Of a stretch of DNA of 64,000 nucleotides, positions 14,904 through 29,862 are shown piece after piece. The stretch lies in assembly GCF_009914755.1 (NCBI RefSeq), contig NC_060926.1. One strand, 5' to 3'. How positions within the stretch are numbered: the stretch's first letter is position 1; each line of letters begins with the position of its first letter. This DNA is from the human T2T-CHM13v2.0 reference genome, Homo sapiens. Under the pieces are notes generated by a model, which worked only from the letters and a program-made list of their open reading frames with translations, did not search any database and was not told the origin of the DNA. Both the position numbers and the translations under genes were made by a program.

Positions 14904-15687
14904 TTTTATTTTAACTTTTATTTTAGGCTCAAGGGTACATATGCAGGTTTGTTACATACACAGGTTTGTTACATAGATAAACTTGTGTCACAGGGATTTG
15001 TTGTATAGATTACTTTGTCACCCAGAAACTAAGCCTAGTAACCAAGAGTTATTTTTTTCTGATTCTCTCCTGCCTCCCACCTTCCACCCTTAAGTAGGCC
15101 CCAGTGTCTATTGTTCCTCTGTTTGTGTGCATGCGTTCTCACCATTTAGCCGCCACTTATAAGTAAGAGAATGTAGTATTTGGTTTTCTGTTCTTGCATT
15201 AGTTTGCTAAGGATAATGGCCTGCAGCTCCATCTATGTTCCCACAAAGGACATGATCTCATTATTTTTTTATGTCACCAAAGTATTCCGTGGTGTATATG
15301 TACCACATTTTTTAAATCCAATCTGTCATTGACGGGCACTTAGGTTGATTCCATGTCTTTGCTATTGTGACCAGTGCTGCAGTGAACACACATGTGCATT
15401 ATTGTAGAATGATTTACATTCCTTTGGGTATACACTCAGTAATGGGATTGCTGGGTCAAATAGTAGTTCTGTTTTTAGCCCTTTGAGGAATTTCTACACT
15501 GCTTTCCAAAATGGTTGAGCTAATTTACACTCCCACAAACAGTGTATTCCCTTTTCTCCACAACATCATCATCTCCTCGCCAGCATCTGTTAATTTTTGG
15601 CTTTTAGTAATAGCCATTCTGACTGGTGTGAGATAGTATCTTGCTGTGGTTTTACTTTGAATTTCTGTTATGATCAGTGAAACTGAG
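14904..15687 (-). mobile_element. 5'-truncated older L1PA (about PA13-PA16) 3' end
   Basis: Antisense L1 3'UTR/ORF2 end; TSD ctcatagcaaa at 14893-14903 and 15688-15698; small internal tandem duplication caggtttgttacata. Confidence 0.88.
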
Positions 15688-16319
15688 CTCATAGCAAAAC
15701 TGACTCTAATATTTACTTAGCTGTACACCACAAAAGTAGAGACAATCTGGTAATTAAATGCAAAAGTTTATTATTAAAGAATACATATTTAAAAGTGAAT
15801 GTTTTAACGTTTCTCTAAGTAACTTTTTATAAGGAATATTTCACAATTATGGGTGATAATCTCTAAAGCTATGATTTTCAGACACTTTTTTCCCCTTCCT
15901 CTTTCATCCCCCCCATTTTTTTTTTGCCTTTTTGTCTTGCTTTTATTCTCTTCTTCTTGTTGAGAAGGAGGTATAACTTTTTTCAAATAGAAGAATAAAA
16001 ATACGTATTTTCAGAATCTTTACATGTTTTTTAAATAATAAAAAGCTGAAATAAACATTATTTAATTGTGCTTCTAGAATTCTTGTATGCTTATACTTTA
16101 AAAAAATAGAAGCATACTATACATATGCGTCTTTACATACTTTTTATACTTAACAATACATCCTGGAAACCTTTCCCTTTCATATCAAAGAGCATTCTGT
16201 TTGTTTTACAGACATCACCTCATTTCCTTGGGTAGTTCATGCCTAATAGACCATTTATTTTACTTTGGTAAAATTTCTGGAAAGAAGCACTAGAACAACT
16301 TTATTCCATATGGTTATTT

Positions 16320-18850
16320 TATGTAAAATGTACAGAATAAAATAAAACAAAGGAAAAATATATCACACATGTGAAGAGACGGAAAAAATGTAACTGAATA
16401 ATAAAGAGGAAAAGGATACAAACATGTGCCTAAGGTATTGGAGTTGGTAAATGATGACCTTAAAATAATTTTGATAATTGTATATGAGGAAAATATGACA
16501 ACAGCATGAAAAAGATGGCCAATGTCAACAGAAAATTGAAATCTATAAAAATAATCTAGAGTGCATTCTAGACAGGCAAATTAAAATTTCTAAAACTAAT
16601 TATCGGGGAACCTGCCCCCGATAATCACGTAGGTTCTTTTCTATTTTCCCTAAGCATTGGCCGGTTTGAGAAATAAAGGGACAGAGTACAAAAGAGAGAA
16701 ATTTTAAAGCTGGGCCTCTGGGTGAGACATCACATGTTGGTAGGTTCCGTGATGCCCTCTGAGCCATAAAACCACCAAGTTTTTATTAGCGATTTTCAAA
16801 AGGGGAAGGAGTGTACGAATAGGGTGTGGGTCACAGAGATCACGTACTTCACAAGTTAATAGAATATCGCAAGGCAAATGGAGGCAGGGCAAGATCACAG
16901 GACCACAGGACCGGGGCGAAATTAAAATTGCTAATGAAGTTTCGGGCACCACTGTCATTGATAACATCTTATCAGGAGACAGGGTTTGAGTGCAACCGGT
17001 CTGACCAAAATTTATTAGGTGGGAATTTCCTCATCCTAATAAGCCTGGGACTTCTATGGGAGACTGGGGCTTATTTCATCCCTACAGTCTTGACCATAGA
17101 AGATGGCCACACCCAAGGGGTCCATTTTAGAGGCCCACTCTCAGGGTCGCATTCTCTTTCTCAGGGATGTTCCTTGCTGAGAAAAAGAATTCAGCGATTT
17201 CTCCCATTTGCTTTTGAAAGAAGAGAAATATGGCTCTGTTCCGCCCGGCTCACCAGCGGTCAGAGTTTAAGGTTTTCTGTCTTATTCCCTGAACATTGCT
17301 GTTATGCCGTTCTTTTTTCAAGGTGCCCAGATTTCATATTGTTAAAACGTACATGCTCTACAAAAAAATTTGTGAACTTAAGGCAATCATCACAGGGTCC
17401 TGAGGCGACATACATCCTCCTCAGCTGACAGGATTAAGAGATTAAAGTAAAGACAGGCATAGGAAATCACAAGGGTATTGATTGGGGAAGTGATAAGTGT
17501 CCATGAAATCTTCACAATTCATGTTCAGAGATTGCAATAAAGACAGGCATAAGAAATTATAAAAGTATTAATTTGAGGAACTAATAAATGTCCATGAAAT
17601 CTTCACAATCCACATTCTTCTGCCATGGCTTCAGCCAATCCCTCCGTTCGGGGTCCCTGACTTCCCACAACAATTAATAACTTACTTCATAGGTTTAATA
17701 TACTGGGCACAGAAGAAGAAAAATAGTGAATTCAAATATAGGACAATAGAAAATTACCAAATTAAAGCACAGACTGGTGAATAAAGAATGAAAATAGCCA
17801 AGCAGAAGAAAGATGCAGATCAAATAGTCAAAATGCATGAAATCAAACTCTCCCCTCAAAAAACCAGAAATATAATTTTGCCAAAGCAATATTTTAAGAG
17901 ATAAAATATTTTTCCAAAAATGAAGACAGATGTAAACACATTAATTTACTGTGCTCTGCACACCCTAAGTAGAAAAACAAACAAAACAACACACACACAC
18001 ACTCTCATACATACAATGTTTGGAATAGTAACAATTCCATAAGCCCAAGCTAAATAGAAAATTTTAAAAGCAGCCCTGCAAAGAAGAGACTTTACATTCA
18101 AAGGAAAAAAATCATAAAACCAACCTCTGATATTTTAACTAAAATTGTGAAACCCTGAAGACAATGGAATGACACATTTAATGTGCTGCTAAAAGGAATA
18201 GAAAGAAAAAAGGAAAAAGGAAAAGAGTGTTAAACTAAAATTTATACTCAATAAAAATGTCTTTCAAATATAAAAACAAAATCAACATGGTTTAGACAAG
18301 AAAAAGCTGAGACAAATCATTACTAAAGTAAGATGCACTAAAAGAAATGACTGCAGATGTAAGAATGGAATTGTGAAGAAATAAAAAATAAAAATATGTA
18401 AGAAAATGAATATTAATCCTTTAAAATAACAGTAACAACCATCTTGTATAATATATATAAAACATGAAAGACGTAAAATATTGATAACATTAAACCAAGG
18501 CAGGTGAGAGAAAACATAAATTAGAACACTTTTGAGCTGAGTGATAATAAAAATATCACAAATTGTGAGATATAGCTAAATGGAAGGTTTTAAATATATA
18601 TTTATAGTGAAATCTATATATTTACATGTATATATTTTTAAAAGAACACTTTGGAACATTAATCGATTCCTTTACAGGGAGCTAAAAAATAGAATGACAA
18701 AGTAAATCCAAGGGAAGTAGAAAGAAAAACTATATACAATATATAGATAAGAATATAAATGGATGAAATTAAACGCACACCTACAATAGAAAATCAATAA
18801 ATATAATATCAATTCTTCAAAACCAGTATCAGAAATTGAAAGAAAGGTGT
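16320..18850 (+). mobile_element. Old L1M ORF1/ORF2 fragments, interrupted by MER11
   Basis: ORF1-like motifs (aaattgaaatctataaaaa, aaaattttaaaagcagcc, agacaatggaatgacacattta) continue on both sides of the LTR. Confidence 0.65.
16601..17672 (-). mobile_element. MER11 (HERV-K11/HML-8) full-length solo LTR, MER11C-like
   Basis: Minus strand begins tgttgtgggaagtcagggaccccgaacggaggga and ends ggttccccgata; 1072 bp; 6-bp TSD actaat/attaat; characteristic internal tandem repeat at about 17440-17610. Confidence 0.93.
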
Positions 18851-18864
18851 CTCCAGAGTTTTAC

Positions 18865-19035
18865 AATGTGCAACACAACTTTGTGTGGTAATAGATTCTG
18901 TTTAACATCCGTGCTGTCCAGTAGGGTTAGTCAACTTAACCTTGTGACTCTAGTCACATGCAACTATTGTGCACCTTAAATGTGTTCAGTTGGACTAAGA
19001 AAAATATTTTTTCTTTGTTTACATTTATTTAATAT
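18865..19035 (+). mobile_element. MER3-like hAT-Charlie DNA transposon fragment
   Basis: gtgctgtccagtagg...ctagtcacatgcaactattgtgcaccttaaatgtg. Confidence 0.45.
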
Positions 19036-19094
19036 TTATGAATATGTTATGACAAATTTTTTATTAATATATTTGACAAACTTCATTTTTAACA

Positions 19095-19630
19095 AACTTT
19101 TCATTTTATAATAGTTTTTTTATAAAAAGCTGCAAAAATAGTACAGAGAATTCCTACATAATCTACACTATTTCTCCTACCATTAACATCTTATGGTAGT
19201 ATATTTGTCACATCTGCTGATTAATATTGATACATTATTAAGTCCATACTCTATTCAGATTCCTTAGTTTTTCCCCAGTGTTCTTTTTTTCTATTTAAAG
19301 ATATTGTCTAGTATACCACATTACATTTAGTCAGCAAGTCTCCTCAGGCTCTTCTTGGCTGTCACAGCTTCTCAGGTTTTCCTTGTTTTTAACCGAACAA
19401 ATTTAACAGTTGTGAGTCATGCTGGTCAGGAATTTTGTGGAACATTCTACAGTTTGCGGTAGACAGGGGTTACACATATTTGGAAGGAAGATTGTAAAGG
19501 TAAATTACAATTCTCATCATATCATATCAAGGATGCGTTCTATCAGCATGACTTACCAACATGACAACATGTTGGTATTAACTTTGATTGCATGGTTGAG
19601 ATGTTTGTCTGATTTGCCGGCCGTAACATT
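19095..19630 (-). mobile_element. L1MD/MC 3' UTR fragment
   Basis: Antisense of the same element class seen at 46795-47355 (ctcttcttggctgtcacagcttctcagg, ctggtcaggaattttgtggaa). Confidence 0.7.
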
Positions 19631-20129
19631 ATAGAGATCAAGTCTTCATCCAAAAAGATTGCATAACCAGTCCATCTCTACAGACAAATTCTTTTGTCAG
19701 TGAAAATGGAAGTGCTCCTGTATACATTGGTATGATCTAATATCTATAGCTGAATTCTACTGAATTCTAAATTTACTGATTTTATCGATTACGTCACAAG
19801 TTCTCAGAGAAAATGTGAGCAATAAACTTGGTCATTGAGTCTGAAAATTCACTTAAATCAGGAAAGCCTTGATACTATTTCTATCAAAGAATTTTCATTA
19901 AATAATGTTTAATCACTATTTGTGTTATATTATTATCTTCTGGAGGGAAAGAAAACTTAGCACGCCTCACACTATGCGGGTTATAAAAAACTTACTCTCT
20001 TACCTCCACAAATTTGCCACTCTAAGTGCTTAGTGTTTTAACTGAGCAAAAGAGATGATTTTGAGATAAGCAGGAAACCAACAAAAGATAAAAGAAGTAT
20101 AATTATTTAGCACCTTTAAAAGGATCTCT

Positions 20130-20493
<364 letters not shown>

Positions 20494-20699
20494 TTATCTG
20501 TCCCATATTGACTCCCAAATTTAGGAAACTTAAAAACTCTTATCCCCCCTTGTTAATGGATGACAGTTAAAAAAAAATATGGTTTATGTGTATGCTTTGA
20601 GCACCAGGAACAAAAGAGGTAGACCTAGAATAAAAATCAGAAAAAAATCCACCAATCGCCCCTCATATTATTATCTCAGTATATATGATAGTCTAAAGA

Positions 20700-20995
20700 C
20701 TAGGAAGCAGAAGATAGCCAGAGGTTCGTTAATGGATAGAAAATTACAGCTAGATAGGAGGAATAAGTGTGACTGTTCTATAGCACTATAGGATGACTAT
20801 AATTAACAACAATTTATTGTATCAAATAGCTAAAAGGGCAAATTTTTGATATTCTCAAAACAAAGAAATAAGTGTTTGAAATGATTGCTGTGCTAATTAC
20901 CCTGACTTGATCATTGCACATTGTATACATGTATCAAAATATCACACTGTAGCCCATAAATATGTACAGTTATTTTGTGTCAATTAAAAAAATAA
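20700..20995 (+). mobile_element. L1MA 3' end
   Basis: aaaattacagctagataggaggaataag...aattaccctgacttgatcattgcacattgtatacatgtatcaaaatatcac...cccataaatatgtac. Confidence 0.8.
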
Positions 20996-21914
20996 TGAAG
21001 CAAGTAAGAAAAAGGAAGTTTCTAGATTTCTTTTGCTTTTTAAAAAAATATAGGTTGGTGTTGGTATGTGGGAAATATAAAAATATAGAAAATATGATTT
21101 GCATTGAGCAAGGCAGTTCAATATTAGAGAAGTCTTTAAACAGTAGTACTACCTGAGAGGTAATATAAAGCATTGCTATATTAGAGCTGTTTTTATGTGA
21201 AAGGCTACCAACAGGCAAGAGGTTGGCTTGCCAAAGGTCACTGAACTGCCTATAATTAAACCAAAGCAACTTTAAGTATTCTATTCTGGAGCATGATTTT
21301 TAAAAAAACACCTATATTTTCTGCTTAAGCCATCAAGATTTTGGCTGAATTTATTCAGTGACCATTTTGCCAGAATTTCCTCCCACACACCATGCTTGTT
21401 CTCAGAAGGAAATAGTATTTTCTTGATATTTATGGTTCCTCTTTGGCTTAAGCCTCCCTATCCTGAATACAGTTGAAATACTTGAAATGAAAGTAAGCAT
21501 AGGTAATTCTCTCTTATTAGGAAAGGACTTAACTCTCTAACTAATTATCTGTTCTCTGAAAATACTCACCATGGTAAATGCATCCCATTTTATAAATTGT
21601 TGCATAAGATCAAAGAGGCCTCAGACTGAGAAGCTGTTCTATGACAACAGATTTCTTTAAAGTTAGCCACAATTTTCACCATTCCTTTTAGAGGTGCTAT
21701 AAAATATAACTAAATTCAACAAACATTTCAGTGGACACTTTTTTTTCAGGTACTGTGGAATTGCAAGGCAATAACAAAACAAAAAAAGCATGAGAGAAAG
21801 AGAGAGAGAGAGAGAGGCAGATCCTATACAAGAGATCCTAGCCTTAAGAACTCACTGTCTAGTAATGTATTCAAGCTACTCATTGGAGCTCTGGAATCAG
21901 ATTAGGTGACCTTG

Positions 21915-22360
21915 AATCCATTCCTTTGACAAATATTTATTAAGTGCTTAAAATGTTCTACAACCTGGGGGTACAGCCCTGGACAAAATAATCAAACTTC
22001 TTCTGCCTCAAGGGCTTAAGTTCTGGCACACAAGACAGATGATACAGATAATAAATAATATTACAGAGAAAAGACTTAAAAAGGAAAAGGAGACAGAATT
22101 TGAGGTAGAGAGGGGTTTGAAGTGTGGCCAGAATATACCTTGAGGAGGTAGCACATAACTAATGTTGTGAAAGAGCTGGGGAGTAACGCAGGTAGAAAGA
22201 GCGACAGAACAAAAGAAGAGGAAGTGAAAAAATGCCAAGATGAGTGGATGGCTGTTGTGTTTAAAAGACAGCGAGGAAGCCAATCTGGTTGGAATGAAAT
22301 GGGAAGGCAGCCGTAGTAGCAGATGAAGTCAGAAAGGAAATAGGAGCTCCACACCATTAG
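21915..22360 (-). mobile_element. L2 fragment
   Basis: cattcctttgacaaatatttattaagtgctt... is the antisense L2 3' end. Confidence 0.6.
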
Positions 22361-22731
22361 AATATGATTTCCAAATTGTTACTTTCAAGTCCTCTCTTGG
22401 AAAGAGGTACCATATTATAAATGGCATTTCTTAGCATTTTCTTTTTTTTCTGTTGTGTCCTCAAATAAGTGGACTGAGACACATGTACCTTGGCTTATGA
22501 CCAGAAAAAAAAAATGATGTTTACAGAAACATTTTCTGATTGAATAGATCAGTCGTTGTCATCAAAAATCAACTTGGCAAATATTCTTATCAACTTGCTG
22601 GAAATACTGTTTACAAATTACTTGTTATGATTCTCTCACTCAAAGGAATTTTTAAACCAGTGGGGCGAATTGGCTAGTTCTCTTGTTTTCTCTGAATGTA
22701 GAAAAAAGTATGATAAAATTCAGTGGGGGAG

Positions 22732-23303
22732 TGTGATGGTTAATTTTAGGTGTCAACTTGACTAGATTAAAGGATACTCAAATAGCTGGTAGAGCATTAT
22801 TTCTGGGTATGTCTGTGAGGCTGTTTCCAGAAGAGGTTGGCATTTGAATCAGTGGGCTGAGTAAGGAAGATCCGCCCTCACCCATCGTGGGCGGGCATGA
22901 GCCAATTGGCTGAGGGCCGGGATAGAACAAAAAGGCAGGGGAAAGGCAAATTACCTTTTTTTCTCCTAGAGCTAAGACACCTTTTTCTCCTAACATTGGA
23001 CATTAGAATTTCAGGTTCTCTGACCTTTGGATTCCAGGACTTTCACCAGCAGCCCATCAAGGTTTTAGACCTTTGACCTTGGACTGTTATGCCATTGGCT
23101 TCCCTGGTCCTGAGGCTGTGGGATTTGGACTGAGCCACTCTACCAGCTTCTCTGGTTGTCCAGCTTGCAGACAGCCCACCATGAGACTTCCAAGCCTCCA
23201 TAATTACGTGAGCCAACTCCTCTAATAAATGCTACCTCATATCTTTGCATCTCTATATTATCTCCTATTGGTTCTGTCCCCTTGGAAAATTCTGACTAAT
23301 ATG
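22732..23303 (+). mobile_element. MLT2B-family (HERV-L) solo LTR
   Basis: Starts tgtgatggttaattttaggtgtcaacttgactagattaa; ends ctattggttctgtccccttggaaaattctgactaat. Confidence 0.88.
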
Positions 23304-24464
23304 GTGGGGCATTCTTAAGAAATCTTTAGAGGTCACATTAAAGTGAATTTGTACTGATTCTCTCCCTCCCCTCCCTGCCCCTTGTATCCCACTTAACATG
23401 ATGTCTGGTTCATAGAAAGCCACTGTTAAATATTTGTGGACTAATGGCTAATAGGACCTAAGAAGTTTTAAATTAGGTGCCTACGAATGACTGTTATCAT
23501 TATTAAAGGAAGTAATGACTAGGAAATAGTTTACTCTGGTGAAACAGGTAGAGCTAGGTCAGTATCATTTATAGTTTAAAAAAACACATAGTAAAAGTGT
23601 TTCTAGGCCCACAAACCTTTCACTATTTACCTCAATGTAAGTATAAACCTGTACCTATGCTTATACCTCCACCTAGGTGATGTAGATGTTAAAATAGATA
23701 TCCACATGTCAGACTGACTGTTTGATCATTGGTTTCTTCCTCCTGTTTAATAAGTAACAGTGCCATAAAGCAGGATCACTGGATCACCCTCAGTGCAGAG
23801 AAGACACTCTCGCCTCTCTTGGTTTCCATAGCTCTACACCATCTTCAGTCTTTTCATTGCTTTGCCTTCTTTCAGAGTCAGTGTGGAGCAGAGAAGAAGT
23901 TAGGTGATGTTGTTGTAAGTGCTATGGGGAACAGCAGTGAACACCAACTGCAACAACAAAATATCTGCCTCACGGACTTTATTTACTAGTGGGACAAAAA
24001 TAGATTCCATACAAAAATAAATAATCTTATATATGAAATCATAGAGTGTAGGAGAACAGAAACAAGGCAAAACATTAACAGTAAGAATTAGAATCCTCAA
24101 ATGTAATTAACTAGGCAAATAAACTAAAGATATGAAGACAGTTTTTTTCAATGTGCATGTTAAGATTAAAATAATATCTACTTCATTCATTATAAGAAAT
24201 AAAATAATGGGAAAGAATACAATATCCACCTTGTGTTTTATGTTCAGGAATTTTCAGAAGCACATTTATTTAATTCAAACTTTTGGTACATAGCAGCAGC
24301 AAAGAGAAAGCAATTTAAAAGTCAGTAATTTCAATTACTAGATGCTTCATTGAGGTTTCTAGAATGCCAAATATATTTCCAGTTGGGAAAAAAATCTGAA
24401 AAAAATTAATGTTCATTATACATTTACTTAAATCTGAAGTGATAATATAGTCTTCATGGGAAGT

Positions 24465-25297
<833 letters not shown>

Positions 25298-26459
25298 ATT
25301 ATTTATGACTTTCCGAAATTACTTACAGCAAGTTTCATGAACATTGATGTCTATGATGATACAATATTTAAATTTTTGGCTGGATAGAAAGAAGCTCAGA
25401 AGCAAAACAATTTGGCAGCAAAAAACATATCTCTTTGCAAAAAAAAAAAAATAATAACATGAGATGAAACCTATTACTTTGAAAGAGCTAGAAATATGAA
25501 CAAAATTATTCTTGAGACAGAGGTCTCAAATGAGATTTATTTGTTTTCATGGTTCATAAATATTCTGTATAATTTGTCTTTTTGGTCAAGAGAAAGGATT
25601 TTTAGCTTATTGGATAGTCTCTGAACATTGAAAAAAGTATTTTTAGGTTCACGTAAGTTGACTCATTGCTTCATATTAACTAAATAGGGTTTCTTTTTAA
25701 AATGAGACTTTTTTTCTGATTTTATATTTCTGTTTCCCTGGGAAGAAGCTTATACTACTGTTTTCACAGTTCATAAAATATTTCACATTGTATGTGGTTC
25801 ATCTGAGATACAAAATATAGAGTATTTGCCTCTTTTTTTTTTAACTCTAGCTCTTGTTTTGGGGTATTTCTTAAAACTGGTCTTTGGCTTTTTATTTATT
25901 TTCTTTATATACTCTCTTTGTGATCCCATTGACTACTGAAAAATATTAACTCTATACAAATGATTTAACCAGTATATTTTCAATATTGCATTTCTCATTT
26001 AATAAAACAACAAAGCACAATTACCCAGTATATCCCATGTGCAAAATACTGATAATAACATAAAAAATGTCTGCTTGGATTTTCTGCAATCATCTGAAAT
26101 CATTAGACCACCTTTCCTTCTAAGTCAGGTTTTCCTCTTTGCTCCTGGTTTCTGTGAAAGCCAGAATCATTTTCCCAGAAATGTTTCAGAAACATAATAC
26201 AATCTTAAAATCATCTTCTACAAACTTCATTTAAAATCAGTCACTATGTGTTCTTAACTGTTACTTCGTAATGAGTTTTCAATATTTCCTTTCTAATGAA
26301 ATTTCTTTCCTGTTGAATGCATTTCATTCCCACTACTTTAATTCAATACAGACTCCTGTCACCTCATCCCTCAAAGATTCCAAATGCTTTTAATTCTCCT
26401 TGATTTTATTCTGTTGTAATTCCAACCGTGATGGTACCAGTTATTTGGCTCTTTGCTCA

Positions 26460-26872
26460 CAGCTCTGTTTGCAGTGATTTGAGTGCCCTGTCCAGACCCT
26501 CTTGAATGGGCAGTGCACCCATGCCCCACTTACTGTGAGTGTGGCTGATGACCCACTATTTACCCCCTTTCTGGAAACTCCCCTCAGTCAAGTGGAAGCT
26601 ATCCCAACACCCACACAAACTTCAGTGAGTGCTGGATTGGCAGGGACAAAAGGTATGCCCCTGGCCTTGAGATGGGCCTAACTGCACTTCCTGAACTTTT
26701 CTATGGATTCAGAGGAAAGCCAGGATACAGCTGTGACCATAGTGTTGCTTAGGTAACACTGCCCTTTGCTCGATCCTATTTTTATCAATCTTCTTTTAAA
26801 AGCACTCTTCACATAAATCACCTGGACAAGAATTCCCATCCAGGCCTTGTTTCTACAGTACCAGACACATGA
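26460..26872 (+). mobile_element. LTR16-family ERVL LTR
   Basis: gagtgccctgtccagaccctc...gggacaaaaggtatgcccctggcc...ataaatcacctggacaagaattcccatc. Confidence 0.55.
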
Positions 26873-26904
26873 TACTCATTATTCATCTGTTCTTTTCCAT
26901 AACA

Positions 26905-27500
26905 CAAGTTGACTGACTCCTCCAAGCTGAATTTCTCAAGCTCCTCTGTCATCTGGATTATAAGTGAGTTTGACATGGGAAAAATTACAGTAGTTGAAAG
27001 GGTGGGAAGGAGTAGGGGTCAGGGCGTCTAGTCTCCTTTCTCTATCTTTGGAAGAACCTCCTGCAGCAGCTACATCACCTCCTGTGGGCTCTACATCTCC
27101 AATAATAAACATTCTTATCTCCAGGCTGTCTCTTCCTCATACCTTACATTTTGCTCTCATAGGCCATGTCATTTGTTGGGTGACTGGTTCTATACTTGCC
27201 ACGAGATGGTGAGATTTTTAGTTTTTCCAAAGCCATATTCCTGACACTTTGTAGCAATAAATAGACTGGGCCTGAAAGATCCACCCTCTGCTGGACTATC
27301 CTAGCTGCTAGGCTCAAATACCATCAACTCTTCCCTTTTACCACCAGCTTTAGAGTGCTAGTGACTTTGTGACGATATTAATTGCCATTTATCTTTCTAG
27401 CCCATATTTGCCTTCTTAGCTCTTCAATCCTATGTAACCAATTATCAGCATTAAATTCCCTCACTTAAAAATACCTAAAGTGTTTTCAGTCACTTTCAGG
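26905..27500 (+). mobile_element. LTR33-like ERVL LTR
   Basis: Ends tatgtaaccaattatcagcattaaattccctcacttaaaaatacctaaagtgttttc. Confidence 0.45.
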
Positions 27501-29494
27501 GCACAAATGGATATGGGTGGAGCAAAATAACGAAGCAGTCTTCCCCCATGAATTTTCACATTGATCTTTTCTACAATTTTGTCTTTAAATGTTCACTCAC
27601 AAATGCTTCATTTTCACAAAATGGAAATATGTTTTCATTTTTCTCATTATAAAACTAATTTTACTCACAAATTTTCCATATACTACATAAAGTAGAAAGT
27701 AAAAATAGAGATGCTCTTTGATCTAAACATCAAACACTATGGCAGAGACAGTAACTCAAAAAATGGTGACTAGAAACTGAAGGGCTAAATTTGACAGAAT
27801 AGACAGGAGAATGATGAATTGGAGAACTGCAGTAAAGGATAGCGATTACAAGGGATAAAAATAGGTGTCAGCAACAGACGAAGGAGGACCTCCAAGGAAG
27901 TTTTCTCATTTCATACTTGTCTTCAGAATGTGTGTCCTCTTTGGGTTATTGAAAGAGTGTCCTGTGATCACATGTTTGGTCACTCCTCTCTGTTCTTGTT
28001 AGTGTACGTGAAACAAAATGCCAACACCAAGCAAGAAAGATAGTCAAGACAAAAACTCTGTTGTCTACTAGAAAACGGAATGTCTGACAGGCAGCAAGAC
28101 ACGCCGAATTTAGTTGAATTGTTATCCACCCACCCCCAATGCCTTTTTAATGTATACTTGATAATTTAGTTTTGGTAATACAGATACCTGGTCATCATTT
28201 CCATTGAACACACATGAGAAATAAACATTATTAGTTTTCTGTTTGAAGTAATATTTATATTTAAAATTATCCCACTTAGTGGGATATTTCTTAGTGCAAT
28301 TTGTATGCTATACTGCCAATGACTGAAAACTTGAAAATTCCAAACTTCAACTTTCAATATTATGACAGCCTCTCCTTTTATTGTCAAGAAAAGACCATGT
28401 TTTTATTAAATATCCTCGTCTAACAGGACATAATATACCATGCCTCAGTTTACAAAAGCTAATGATTTTTAAATGAAATTTTATGATCTTCTTCTATGAG
28501 AAGACCCAAAACCATTGGAGAGGGACTGAGACACAAGAATGATATGATGTGGGAAATGATCTTTAGACATGGAATTTTAGAGACATGGTTGGTATCCAAC
28601 CTCCAATTTGTCCTTGGTCTATTAATAAACAGAAGTCATTTAAAGGTGCTTAGTCTCACTTCCCCTTCTCCTAAATGATTGTGATAACATTATCTATCTG
28701 ACACAGCTAATAAGAAATGCCATTTGAGTTAACAAGGACTACTTATTAGAAGCTCACAGTAAAAATATGGGCTAGTCCTAGGAAAAGGAATGAAGACATT
28801 TCTAAATTTCAAAAGACTATATCAATGTGAGTTATTATGAGGATGCAGCAGAACTGTGGCAGCACATTCGCCAAAGATGGCCGAGTTAAGATATCATAGG
28901 GATGGGGTGTAGTTATCCAGACTCTGAAAATGCTACTAATTTCACTTCATATTCGCCATTGACTGAACCGGGAATGTATACCTCCTAGTGAACTGTAATG
29001 TTACTTATTTTCTGAAAGATTTGTAACCACAAAGAGAAGAAGTTCATTGCTAGCCTGACTCAGACATGAAGTGGAGGAGAATTTTCTTCTCTCAATGATA
29101 AATAACACAAGGCCCTTTGGGATCTTCCCCTTCTTTTCCTTTCTAGTGTCTGTCTTATCTGTCTTTCTTATTCACTCAGTACAACCATACTGAACATCAC
29201 TCCCTCAAATATTCTAGACATCTTTTGCTTCTGGGCTTCCATACATAGTTATTATCTGTCTGGAGCTATCTCTTCACTTCTCATTTTCCCTGGCTGTTAC
29301 CCAAACTTCGCATCCCAGTTTGTACAATATTTCTCCCAGGAAGTCATGCACTGGATGCTGAGTTAGATAACTGCAATGTGCTACTGCAAACCTTCTGCTT
29401 TTACTATTACAAAGCCTATAACAATTATAATTACTAAATTAGTGTTCTATTATGTCCTCCAAGATAATTTAATATAACTTCTATTACTGGAAGG

Positions 29495-29862
29495 TATATT
29501 CATCAACTCTCACATTGCTGTAAAGAAATTTCTGAAACTGGGTAATTTATAAAGAAAAGATTCTTAGTTGACTCACAGTTCCACAGGCTGTACAGGCAGC
29601 ATGGCTGGGGAGGCCTCAGGAAACTTACAATCATGGCAGAAGGCAAAGAGGAAGACAGCACATATTACATGGCTGGAAGAGGAGGAAGAGAGAGAGAAAG
29701 CAAATGTGCTACACACTTTTAAAAAACCAGATCTCATGAGAACTCACTATCACAAGAACAGGAAGGGAGAAGTCCACCCCACGATCCAATCACCTCCCAC
29801 TAGGCCCCTCTTTCAACACTGGGGATTACAATTCAACATGAGATTTGGGTGGAGACAAAAAC
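29495..29862 (-). mobile_element. MSTA-like MaLR LTR (its 5' terminus is missing)
   Basis: cacagttccacaggctgtacaggcagcatggctggggaggcc and gtgctacacacttttaaaaaaccagatctc are MSTA-type segments. Confidence 0.8.

Noticed and set aside
16601-16623. Hairpin tatcgggg...ccccgata, and the tandem repeat at about 17440-17610
   Set aside because: Both are intrinsic features of the MER11 consensus, not locus-specific.
16826-17428. Longest ORF in the track (200 aa, +)
   Set aside because: Lies wholly antisense within the MER11 LTR, has a non-ATG start and no recognisable domain.
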